Positions 48,691-57,061 of a stretch of DNA of 64,000 bases are shown here, in pieces; within the stretch, counting starts at the first letter, position 1; each line of letters opens with the position of its first letter. A program made the translations under genes and the position numbers. The stretch spans positions 899-64,898 of the forward strand of contig JAZQII010000059.1 of assembly GCA_045541035.1 (NCBI GenBank), written 5' to 3'. The notes beneath the pieces are model-generated. The model searched no databases and was not told the DNA's origin. It worked only from the letters and a program-made list of their open reading frames with translations. Origin of the DNA: Clostridia bacterium (GTDB lineage: Bacteria; Bacillota; Clostridia; Christensenellales; QALW01).

Positions 48691-49745
48691 GTAATTTTAT
48701 TTCAAAAAAATATGATTCTTTAAAAGAATATACGCCGGGTGAACAGCCCCAAGATAAAAAATATATAAAATTAAACACCAATGAATCACCGTTTCCGCCA
48801 TCAGATGTGGTTATTGAGTGTGTTAATAATGATGCGGTAAAGAATTTAAAACTTTATTCAGATCCCGAAAGCAAGGTTTTAAAAGAAGAACTTGCAAAAA
48901 CATATGGTGTAAAGAAAGAAAACGTTTTCGTTTCAAACGGGTCTGACGAAATACTTAATTTTGCATTTATGGCTTACGGTGAAAACGGTGCAGTTTTTAA
49001 CGATATCACATACGGTTTTTATAAGGTTTTTGCCGATCTTTATAATATTGAAGCGGATATAATTCCTTTAAATGAAGATTTTACTATTCCTTATGAAAAG
49101 TTTTTAAATAAAAATAAGTTCATCGTAATTGCAAACCCCAATGCACCTACGGGAATTTCTTTAGAAACAGAAAAAATCGAAGAAATTATAAAAAATAATC
49201 CACAAAACGTTGTTTTAATTGATGAAGCATACGTTGATTTCGGCGGAAAAACGGTGCTTCCTTTAATTGAGAAGTATAATAATCTTCTTGTTGTTCGAAC
49301 ATATTCAAAGTCAAGGTCAATGGCGGGGGCAAGGCTTGGTTACGCTTTTGCTCAAAAAGAGATAATAAAAGATCTTGAAAAGATCAAGTACTCCACAAAC
49401 CCCTATAACGTAAACCGACTTACCCAGATCGCAGGCGTAGCATCTCTTATGGATAACGAGTATTATGAAAATAATTGCCGAACCATTATGAAAAATCGCG
49501 ATTGCACAGTTAAAGAACTTGAACTTTTGGGATTTACCGTTTTAAAATCAGATGCTAACTTTATTTTTGTGAAAAGTGATAAAATTTCAGGCGAAGATTT
49601 ATATCTTAAACTTAAAGACCGCGGAATTTTAGTTCGCCATTTTACAAGCGAAAGAATAAAAGATTTTAACCGAATCACTATCGGTACATTAGAGGAAATG
49701 TATGCTTTAGTTAAAGCAGTTTCCGAGATTTTGGAGGAAAAATGA
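48687..49745 (+). CDS. hisC: Histidinol-phosphate aminotransferase
   Basis: KLNTNESP, NGSDE, NPNAPTG, DEAY and RTYSKS...AGARLG motifs. Confidence 0.95.
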   Translation: MSNFISKKYDSLKEYTPGEQPQDKKYIKLNTNESPFPPSDVVIECVNNDAVKNLKLYSDPESKVLKEELAKTYGVKKENVFVSNGSDEILNFAFMAYGENGAVFNDITYGFYKVFADLYNIEADIIPLNEDFTIPYEKFLNKNKFIVIANPNAPTGISLETEKIEEIIKNNPQNVVLIDEAYVDFGGKTVLPLIEKYNNLLVVRTYSKSRSMAGARLGYAFAQKEIIKDLEKIKYSTNPYNVNRLTQIAGVASLMDNEYYENNCRTIMKNRDCTVKELELLGFTVLKSDANFIFVKSDKISGEDLYLKLKDRGILVRHFTSERIKDFNRITIGTLEEMYALVKAVSEILEEK

Positions 49746-50329
49746 GAAACGCCAATATTAAGCGTAAAACCAACGAAACGGATATTTTATTAAAACTTGA
49801 ACTTGACGGCAAAGGTGAAAGCAAAATTGATACCGGCTGCGGTTTTCTGGATCATATGTTAACTCTTTTTGCAAAGCACGGTAAATTTGATCTTACCGTA
49901 AACTGCATCGGAGATACTTTTGTTGATTATCACCACACCGTTGAAGATATTGCAATATGCTTAGGCAAGGCATTTTCCGAAGCATTAGGCGATATGAAAG
50001 GCATTTACCGTTACGGAAGCACCATTCTTCCTATGGATGAATCGCTTATTTTAACTGCTGTTGATATTTCAGGCAGAGCATATCTTAATTTTGACGTTAA
50101 AATGCCTCAAAAACGTGTTGGTGATTTTGATACTGAACTTTGCGAAGAGTTTTTCTATGCATTTGTACGTCATGCAAACTTAACTTTACACATTAAGAAA
50201 CTTGACGGCACAAATACTCACCACATAATTGAAGGTATTTTTAAGTCTTTTGCCCGTACAATGGCGCAGGCTGTTAAAATTAACGAAGATTTTAAGGACG
50301 AAATTCCGTCAACTAAAGGTGTTTTATAA
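49742..50329 (+). CDS. hisB: Imidazoleglycerol-phosphate dehydratase
   Basis: R.TNET, FLDHML, DYHHTVED and NTHHIIE motifs. Confidence 0.97.
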   Translation: MRNANIKRKTNETDILLKLELDGKGESKIDTGCGFLDHMLTLFAKHGKFDLTVNCIGDTFVDYHHTVEDIAICLGKAFSEALGDMKGIYRYGSTILPMDESLILTAVDISGRAYLNFDVKMPQKRVGDFDTELCEEFFYAFVRHANLTLHIKKLDGTNTHHIIEGIFKSFARTMAQAVKINEDFKDEIPSTKGVL

Positions 50330-50940
50330 TGATAGCAATAATTGATTACGGTGTTGGCAACTTGTTTTCCTTAAAATCGTCTTTTAAGGCAATAGGTGAA
50401 GACGCTATAGTTACCAACGACAAAAAAATAATTGACGGGTGCGATAGAATAATTCTTCCCGGCGTAGGCGCATTTGGCGATGCGGCAAAAAAATTAAATG
50501 AAAGCGGTATGCAGGAAGTTTTGCTTCAGGAAGTGAAAAAAGGCAAACCCGTAATGGGAATTTGTCTTGGCATGCAACTTTTGTTCGATGAAAGTTATGA
50601 GTTTGGCGTTCATAAGGGACTTGGACTAATAAAAGGCTCAATAGTTCCCTTTGAAGGCAGAATAGATAAAGATTTGCGCATTCCGCAAATAGGTTGGAAC
50701 TCATTGAAGTTATATAACGATTCGCCTATATTTAAAGATCTTAATAATGGCGATTACGTATATTTTGTTCATTCTTATTTTGCCGATTGCGATAAAAAGA
50801 ACGTTATTGCAACGTCTGATTACGGCATTGAATTTACTGCCGCAGTAGAGAAAGATAACGTGTTCGGCTGTCAGTTCCACCCCGAAAAAAGCGGAGACGT
50901 GGGACTTAAGATTTTAAAAAGTTTTGCTTTAGTTAAGTGA
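50329..50940 (+). CDS. hisH: IGP synthase glutaminase subunit
   Basis: DYGVGN, PGVG, GICLGMQ and QFHPEKS motifs. Confidence 0.97.
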   Translation: MIAIIDYGVGNLFSLKSSFKAIGEDAIVTNDKKIIDGCDRIILPGVGAFGDAAKKLNESGMQEVLLQEVKKGKPVMGICLGMQLLFDESYEFGVHKGLGLIKGSIVPFEGRIDKDLRIPQIGWNSLKLYNDSPIFKDLNNGDYVYFVHSYFADCDKKNVIATSDYGIEFTAAVEKDNVFGCQFHPEKSGDVGLKILKSFALVK

Positions 50941-50950
50941 GGTTTATTTT

Positions 50951-51667
50951 ATGTTGATTTTTCCTGCTATCGACCTTTTTGAAGGTAAGGCAGTTCGCCT
51001 TTATAAGGGCAAGTATGAAGAAATGACCGTTTATTCCAAAGAACCTTGGGAGGTTTCAAAGAAATTTAAAGATGCAGGGTGTGAATATATTCACATTGTT
51101 GATCTTGAAGGAGCAAAAAACGGTGATACTCCCAATATAGAAACCGTAAAGAGAATTGTTAAGGAATCGGGACTTAAAGCCGAAATCGGCGGGGGAGTGC
51201 GTTCAATGGAAACTGTTGAAAAGTATCTTGATGCAGGCGTTATGCGTGTTATTTTAGGTACTGCGGCGGTAAAGGATCCCGTGTTTTTAGAAGAAGCCGT
51301 TAAAAAATTCAGCGAAAGAGTTGCAGTGGGTGCTGATATTTTAAACGGTAACGTTGCAATTAAAGGTTGGACGGAAACTGCAGATTTAACTTGCGATGAT
51401 TTTTTTAAAAAACTTGAAAATCTTGGCGTTCAGACGGTTATCTGCACCGATATTTCAAAGGACGGCACAATGCTTGGCACAAACCGTCAAATGTATAAAG
51501 AACTTTCCCAAAAGTTTAAAATTGATATTGTTGCATCAGGCGGAGTAAATTCCATTGATGATATTATTGCATTAAATGAAATGAATCTTTATGGTGCAAT
51601 AATCGGCAAAGCCTACTATACCGGCGCAATAGACCTTAAAAAGGCGTTGGAGGTATCAGGATGCTGA
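50951..51667 (+). CDS. hisA: ProFAR isomerase
   Basis: [26 protein letters not shown] and ASGG motifs. Confidence 0.96.
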   Translation: MLIFPAIDLFEGKAVRLYKGKYEEMTVYSKEPWEVSKKFKDAGCEYIHIVDLEGAKNGDTPNIETVKRIVKESGLKAEIGGGVRSMETVEKYLDAGVMRVILGTAAVKDPVFLEEAVKKFSERVAVGADILNGNVAIKGWTETADLTCDDFFKKLENLGVQTVICTDISKDGTMLGTNRQMYKELSQKFKIDIVASGGVNSIDDIIALNEMNLYGAIIGKAYYTGAIDLKKALEVSGC

Positions 51668-52419
51668 CAAAAAGAATTATTCCATGCCTTGACGTTCGTG
51701 ACGGCAGAGTTGTTAAAGGCGTAAACTTTGAGGGATTAAGAGACGTTTCTTCTCCCGTTGAACTTGGAAAATTTTATTCTTCATCAGGCGCAGACGAACT
51801 TGTTTTTTATGATATTACCGCTTCCAGCGACGGCAGAAAGATTTTCACCGATATTTTAAAAGAATGCGCCAAAAATATTTTTATTCCACTTACGGTAGGC
51901 GGCGGAATCAATACGTTAGATGATTTTGAAAGGGTTCTTAATTGCGGTGCTGATAAAGTAAGCGTTAACTCAGGGGCAATAAGAAATCCTCAGATTATTG
52001 AAGATGCGGCAAAGCGTTACGGCAGTCAATGTGTGGTTTTATCTGCTGATATCAAGCGTGTTGACGGAATTTTCAAAGTTTTCGCACGCGGCGGCAGAGA
52101 TAACACAAATATTGACGCTTTAGAATGGGTAAAGCGCGGTGTTGATATGGGCGCAGGCGAAGTGGTAGTAAACTCCATTGATACTGATGGCGTTAAACAA
52201 GGCTTTGATCTTGAAATGCTTGAGAAAATTTGTGATCTTGTAAATGTTCCCGTAATTGCATCAGGCGGTGCAGGCAAGACTGAAGATTTTATTGATTTAT
52301 TTAAAAAAGTTCCTAAAATAAGCGCAGGTCTTGCGGCGTCGGTGTTCCATTTCGGGGAAATTGATATTTTGGATCTTAAAAAAGACTTAAAGAAAAATAA
52401 CATTGAAGTGAGGCTTTAA
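51661..52419 (+). CDS. hisF: IGP synthase cyclase subunit
   Basis: [32 protein letters not shown] and IDTDG motifs. Confidence 0.97.
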   Translation: MLTKRIIPCLDVRDGRVVKGVNFEGLRDVSSPVELGKFYSSSGADELVFYDITASSDGRKIFTDILKECAKNIFIPLTVGGGINTLDDFERVLNCGADKVSVNSGAIRNPQIIEDAAKRYGSQCVVLSADIKRVDGIFKVFARGGRDNTNIDALEWVKRGVDMGAGEVVVNSIDTDGVKQGFDLEMLEKICDLVNVPVIASGGAGKTEDFIDLFKKVPKISAGLAASVFHFGEIDILDLKKDLKKNNIEVRL

Positions 52420-52421
52420 AA

Positions 52422-53069
52422 ATGGTTGATATAAATGAACTTAAATTTGATGAAAAGGGACTTATTCCCGCAGTTGTTGTTGACGCTTTTTCAAAAAAAG
52501 TGCTTACGGTTGCATATATGAACAAGGAAAGTCTTGAAATTTCCATGAAAGAGGGCAGAACTTGCTTTTTCTCACGTTCACGTCAGGAACTTTGGCGCAA
52601 AGGCGAAACAAGCGGAAACTATCAGAACATCGTTTCTATTACTTCCGATTGTGATAACGATGCTTTAACGGTAGTTGTTGAAAAAGAAGGCCCTGCTTGC
52701 CATACGGGCGAAGATTCCTGCTTCTTTAACGAAGTTTACCATGCTGAAGATAAAGAAGAATTTTCAATGGAAGGCTTATATAAACTCCTTGAAGGCAGAA
52801 AAAAAGATATGCCCGAAGGTTCTTATACCACTTATCTTTTCTCAAAGGGTAGAGATAAGATTTTGAAAAAAGTTGGCGAAGAAAGCACCGAAGTTATTAT
52901 CGGCGGTAAGGCTGACGATAAGGCGGAAACCATTTATGAAATTGCCGACCTTGCATACCACGTAATGGTTTTAATGGTAGATATGGGGATTTCCGTTAAA
53001 GATATTCAGAAAGAACTTGGCTCGCGCCACATAATCGACCATAAGGTTAAGCAGGAAAAAATGCAATGA
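52422..53069 (+). CDS. hisIE: Bifunctional PR-AMP cyclohydrolase / PR-ATP pyrophosphohydrolase
   Basis: SRSRQELWRKGETSG, DCDND and ACHTG (HisI); SYT..L, KKVGEE and EIADL.YH (HisE). Confidence 0.96.
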   Translation: MVDINELKFDEKGLIPAVVVDAFSKKVLTVAYMNKESLEISMKEGRTCFFSRSRQELWRKGETSGNYQNIVSITSDCDNDALTVVVEKEGPACHTGEDSCFFNEVYHAEDKEEFSMEGLYKLLEGRKKDMPEGSYTTYLFSKGRDKILKKVGEESTEVIIGGKADDKAETIYEIADLAYHVMVLMVDMGISVKDIQKELGSRHIIDHKVKQEKMQ

Positions 53070-53872
53070 TAAAAGAAAATTATCACACACACACTCATTT
53101 TTGCGATGGTAAAAATTCTCCCGAAGAAATGGTTTTAAAAGCCATAGAACTCAATTTTGATTATTTGGGATTTTCGGGACACGGGCATACAAGGAAGGAA
53201 AGTTCATACTGTATGTCCCCTGAAAACACAAAAAAATATTTTTCAGAAATAACCGCGTTAAAAGAAAAATATAAAGATCAGATTGAAATTCTTTGCGGAA
53301 TTGAGCAGGATATCATATCAAGTGACGATATCAGTTATTTTGACTATGCTATCGGTTCAACACATTACGTTATTAAAGATAATAAATTCTATAACGTTGA
53401 CGGGTCTATGGAAGAGTTCGATTTTGTTGTAAATGAAATTTATAAAGGTGAGTTTCTTAAATTTGCAGAAGAATATTTTGAAAACGTAAAAACTGTTGTT
53501 GATAAAACAAACTGTCAGATAATCGGGCATTTTGACCTTATTTCAAAAAACTTTGAGCGCAAAAATATTAAAGAAAGCGATAAATATCTGTATTTTGCAG
53601 AAGATGCTGTAAATGAGCTTGTTAAATATGATGTTCCTTTTGAAATAAATACCGGTGCCATTGCCCGCGGTTACAGAACGACGCCGTATCCATCTGAAAA
53701 TATTTTACAGATGATAAAAAACAAAAAGGGCAAAATTATTTTTACCAGCGATTGCCACGATAAAGACTTTTTGAATTGCTATTTTCTTGAAACCGAAAAT
53801 TTGGCTAAAAAAGTCGGATTTAAGAAAAGAAGCATTTTGACTCTAAACGGTTTTAAAGAGATTGACTTATGA
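53066..53872 (+). CDS. hisJ: PHP-family histidinol-phosphatase (HisJ/HisK type)
   Basis: HTHT..CDG, GIE, GSTH, GHFDL, EINTG and SDCH motifs; inside the his operon. Confidence 0.85.
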   Translation: MIKENYHTHTHFCDGKNSPEEMVLKAIELNFDYLGFSGHGHTRKESSYCMSPENTKKYFSEITALKEKYKDQIEILCGIEQDIISSDDISYFDYAIGSTHYVIKDNKFYNVDGSMEEFDFVVNEIYKGEFLKFAEEYFENVKTVVDKTNCQIIGHFDLISKNFERKNIKESDKYLYFAEDAVNELVKYDVPFEINTGAIARGYRTTPYPSENILQMIKNKKGKIIFTSDCHDKDFLNCYFLETENLAKKVGFKKRSILTLNGFKEIDL

Positions 53873-54663
53873 AGATAATTGACTTTCACACACACGTATA
53901 TCCCCAAAAAATTGCGCAAAAGGCAACGGAAAACGTTATTGGCTTTTACGGTCTTAAAGAAGGCTTAGGCGGCATGGTGGGCACAAGCGAAGTGCTTATT
54001 GCCTGCGGAAAAGAAGCGGGCATTGAAAATTTTGTTATTCTGCCCGTTGCATTAAAGGCAGAAACTGTCCGCCACATAAACGAAGCCGCATTACACGAAC
54101 TTGAAATACACAAAGAACTTTACGGCTTTGGCACTATTCATATTGATATGCCCGATATTTTAGGGGAAATTGAGTTTATAAAAGATAAAAAACTTAAAGG
54201 CGTTAAGATTCATCCTGATACACAGCGTTTTAACATTGATGATGAACGTCTTTTTCCGATGTATGAAGAAATTTCAGGTAAACTTCCCATAATGATCCAT
54301 TGCGGTGATCCCCGATACGATTATTCCCACCCAAGAAGATTAAAAAGAGTTTTAGATAATTTTCCCAAATTAACGGCAATCGGTGCGCATTTAGGCGGTT
54401 GGATGCTTTTTGATGAGGCTTTGGAACTTTTAAAAGATACAAACTGCTTTGTTGATATCTGTTCAAGCCATATGTTTATGGAAAAAGGTAAAATGGAATA
54501 TTATATCAACGGCTATGGGGCAGACCGTGTGCTTTTCGGCAGCGATTTTCCCATTTGGGATCCTAAAAAAGAAGCAGAAGCATTTATGGAGCTTCAGCTT
54601 ACTTATTCCCAAAAAGAAAAAATCGCATATAAAAATGCGTTATACTTATTGAAGGAGATTTGA
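53869..54663 (+). CDS. Amidohydrolase (Amidohydro_2 family)
   Basis: IDFHTH, GVKIHP, HCG, AHLGG and LFGSDFP motifs; ATGA overlap with the hisJ stop. Confidence 0.85.
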   Translation: MKIIDFHTHVYPQKIAQKATENVIGFYGLKEGLGGMVGTSEVLIACGKEAGIENFVILPVALKAETVRHINEAALHELEIHKELYGFGTIHIDMPDILGEIEFIKDKKLKGVKIHPDTQRFNIDDERLFPMYEEISGKLPIMIHCGDPRYDYSHPRRLKRVLDNFPKLTAIGAHLGGWMLFDEALELLKDTNCFVDICSSHMFMEKGKMEYYINGYGADRVLFGSDFPIWDPKKEAEAFMELQLTYSQKEKIAYKNALYLLKEI

Positions 54664-54665
54664 AG

Positions 54666-55223
54666 ATGAAAATTACTTTGTTAGGTGATTCAATCAGGCA
54701 GATCGGTTACGGTACAAAAGTTCCCGCACTTTTAGGCAAAGAATTTGAAGTTTATCAACCTGTAGAAAACTGCAGGTTTTCAAAATATACTCTGCAATCA
54801 ATAAGAGCATGGCAAAGTGATATGGAAGGCTCACGGATCATTCATTGGAACAACGGTCTTTGGGATGTTGGCAACAATTGGGGAGACGGACCTTTAACCC
54901 CCATAGACGAATATGTTGAGAATATGACGCGTATTGCAAAGGTTCTTTTAAAAAAAGCTGACAAGGTTATTTTTGCAACAATTACGCCTGTTCGTTTTGA
55001 TAATCCTGATACAGATAACGCGATTATTATGGAATATAACGATGCAATAGTTCCTGTATTAAAGGATATGGGAATTATTATAAATGACTTACATTCTCTT
55101 GTTTATCCTAATATTGAAGAATATATCCTTGAAAGCGATAAGATACATTTGACGGAAAAAGGAATTGATGCCTGCGCTGAACAGGTTGCAAAAATTATTT
55201 TAGAAACTGCAAAAACTTTATAA
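54666..55223 (+). CDS. SGNH/GDSL hydrolase
   Basis: LLGDSI, WNNGLWD and DKIHL motifs. Confidence 0.85.
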   Translation: MKITLLGDSIRQIGYGTKVPALLGKEFEVYQPVENCRFSKYTLQSIRAWQSDMEGSRIIHWNNGLWDVGNNWGDGPLTPIDEYVENMTRIAKVLLKKADKVIFATITPVRFDNPDTDNAIIMEYNDAIVPVLKDMGIIINDLHSLVYPNIEEYILESDKIHLTEKGIDACAEQVAKIILETAKTL

Positions 55224-55227
55224 AATT

Positions 55228-55259
55228 CTCCGCAGAAAACTAATTCTGCGGAGTTTTTT
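55228..55259 (+). terminator. Terminator ending the his transcript
   Basis: CTCCGCAGAA/TTCTGCGGAG plus TTTTTT. Confidence 0.85.
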
Positions 55260-55358
55260 ATAAAAGTGCGCACCGAAATCTTTTAAGGTGTGGGGTGCAT
55301 TTCCTCTTCAATTATAATTTTAATTTTAATTTTTTTAGAAAAATATTATAAAAATCGT

Positions 55359-55387
55359 TTGACAGATGGGGCATTTTGTTATATTAT
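55359..55387 (+). promoter_or_regulatory. SigA promoter of the Leu T-box leader
   Basis: TTGACA-17 bp-TATTAT. Confidence 0.7.
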
Positions 55388-55407
55388 TATAAAAAATTAA
55401 ATGATAA

Positions 55408-55674
55408 ATGCCATGAAGATATTAAACGTGTGTATTTTGCGCTTTCAGAGAGTCGCTGGTTGGTGTAAAGCGATAGGCAGGGCAAACGTTGTCTCGTATC
55501 GGAGCAGGGCCTCGGAATTTCAGTAAGAGGCTTCGGGAGTTCCCGTAACAGAACAAGGGTTTGTTTGAACCTTATTGAGTGGCTCAGATTTTGAGCAATA
55601 CGGGTGGTACCGTGGTCAAATAATTTGTTGATCATCCCGCGAAGATATAATGTATCTTTGCGGGTTTATTTTTT
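55408..55674 (+). ncRNA. T-box riboswitch, Leu specifier (CUC at 55493-55495)
   Basis: K-turn GCCATGAAGATA/TATCGGAGC, AGAGA bulge, GGTTGGTGTAA loop, T-box AATACGGGTGGTACCGTGG (55597-55615), terminator 55636-55674. Confidence 0.9.
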
Positions 55675-55695
55675 AAAAAACAAGGAGGCAGTTTT

Positions 55696-57060
55696 ATGAA
55701 GAAAATTGCAGTTTCCGACAACACACTTTTTGCAGTTGCGGAAGAAAAAAAGACACTTACTTTCAGAGAAAAACTTAACGTTTCAGCAGCGCTTGATGCT
55801 TGCGGATTTGATAATATTATTCTACCTCAACTGCTAAATGAAAAGGAAAATGCCATCGTTTACCGTACTATTGCTTCTGCCGTTGAAAATGCTTCTGTTA
55901 CAGTTTCCGTTTCTGATGAATCAAAGGTTGAAAGCGCATGGGAATCTGTTAAAGATGCTAAAAATCCCTGGATTTCAATAGTTGTTCCCGTTTCTACGGT
56001 GCAGATGGAATATCAGTATCATCTTAAAGCAACAAAAATGCTTGATAAGATTACTGCTCTTTGCGAAAGCGCAAAAAAATATACTGATAATTTTTCAGTT
56101 GTATTAAAAGATGCAACCCGTGCTGAAGACGGTTTTTTAAAAAAATGCGCAGAAACAGCATCAAAAGCAGGTGCAAAATATATTACCGTTGTTGATGATG
56201 CAGGTATTGCTTTCTCTGAAGAAATTTTTAAAATGGTTTCTGAAATCAAAGATATTATTCCTGTTTATGTTCAGCCGTCGGATATGCTTAAAATGGCTGC
56301 TTCATGCGCAGTTGAAGCAATTAAGGCAGGGGCAGAGGGTATAGTTACATCTACCGTTGGTCCTTGGCTTCGCGCTGATGTTTTATCTGATATTTTAAGG
56401 GCAAGAGGATTTGATCTTCAAACAGAAACGAGTCTTGATAAAACCAATATCCACAGAACTGTTGATGAGATCAACGTTAAAGGTGAAGCCGTTAAGGAAA
56501 TAAATATTGAAGAAAAACTTATTTCAGGTCTTGATGAAAGTGCAACGATAGATGATATCAAAGCCGCCGTACAGACTTTAGGCTATGAACTTTCCAGCGA
56601 AGATTACGGCAAGGTTTTTGAAGAATTTAAGCGCGTATCTCAAAAGCGCGGTGTTATCGGTGCAAGAGAGTTGGAAGCAATTATTGCAACAAGCGCAATG
56701 CAGGTGCCCTCAACATATCATCTTATAAACTACGTTGTAAATAACGGTAACGTTATTACTGCAACTGCAAGCATTATTCTTGAAAAAGACGGTGAAAGAA
56801 TTTCAGGTGTTGCAACGGGCGACGGTCCCATTGATGCTTCATTCCACGCCATTGAACAGATAATCGGTCATCATTACGAACTTGATGATTTTAAAGTTGA
56901 ATCTGTTACAAAGGGCAGGGAAGCCGTTGGGTCATCAATTATCCGTCTTCGTGCTAACGGAAAACTTTATTCAGGAAACGGTGTTTCCACCGATATTGTT
57001 GGCGCATGTATCCGTGCTTACGTCAACGCACTTAACAAAATAGTTTACGAGGAAAACTAA
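55696..57060 (+). CDS. LeuA-like protein: degenerate HMGL-like barrel plus intact LeuA regulatory domain
   Basis: C-terminal GDGPIDA and STDIV.AC..AYVNALN present. Catalytic DTTLRDGEQ, HxHND and GERAGN motifs are replaced. Confidence 0.85.
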   Translation: MKKIAVSDNTLFAVAEEKKTLTFREKLNVSAALDACGFDNIILPQLLNEKENAIVYRTIASAVENASVTVSVSDESKVESAWESVKDAKNPWISIVVPVSTVQMEYQYHLKATKMLDKITALCESAKKYTDNFSVVLKDATRAEDGFLKKCAETASKAGAKYITVVDDAGIAFSEEIFKMVSEIKDIIPVYVQPSDMLKMAASCAVEAIKAGAEGIVTSTVGPWLRADVLSDILRARGFDLQTETSLDKTNIHRTVDEINVKGEAVKEINIEEKLISGLDESATIDDIKAAVQTLGYELSSEDYGKVFEEFKRVSQKRGVIGARELEAIIATSAMQVPSTYHLINYVVNNGNVITATASIILEKDGERISGVATGDGPIDASFHAIEQIIGHHYELDDFKVESVTKGREAVGSSIIRLRANGKLYSGNGVSTDIVGACIRAYVNALNKIVYEEN

Positions 57061-57061
57061 T

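Noticed and set aside
55696-57060. Ordinary leuA, or Re-citrate/citramalate synthase
   Set aside because: The shared catalytic motifs of the DRE-TIM family are absent, so no gene symbol was assigned.
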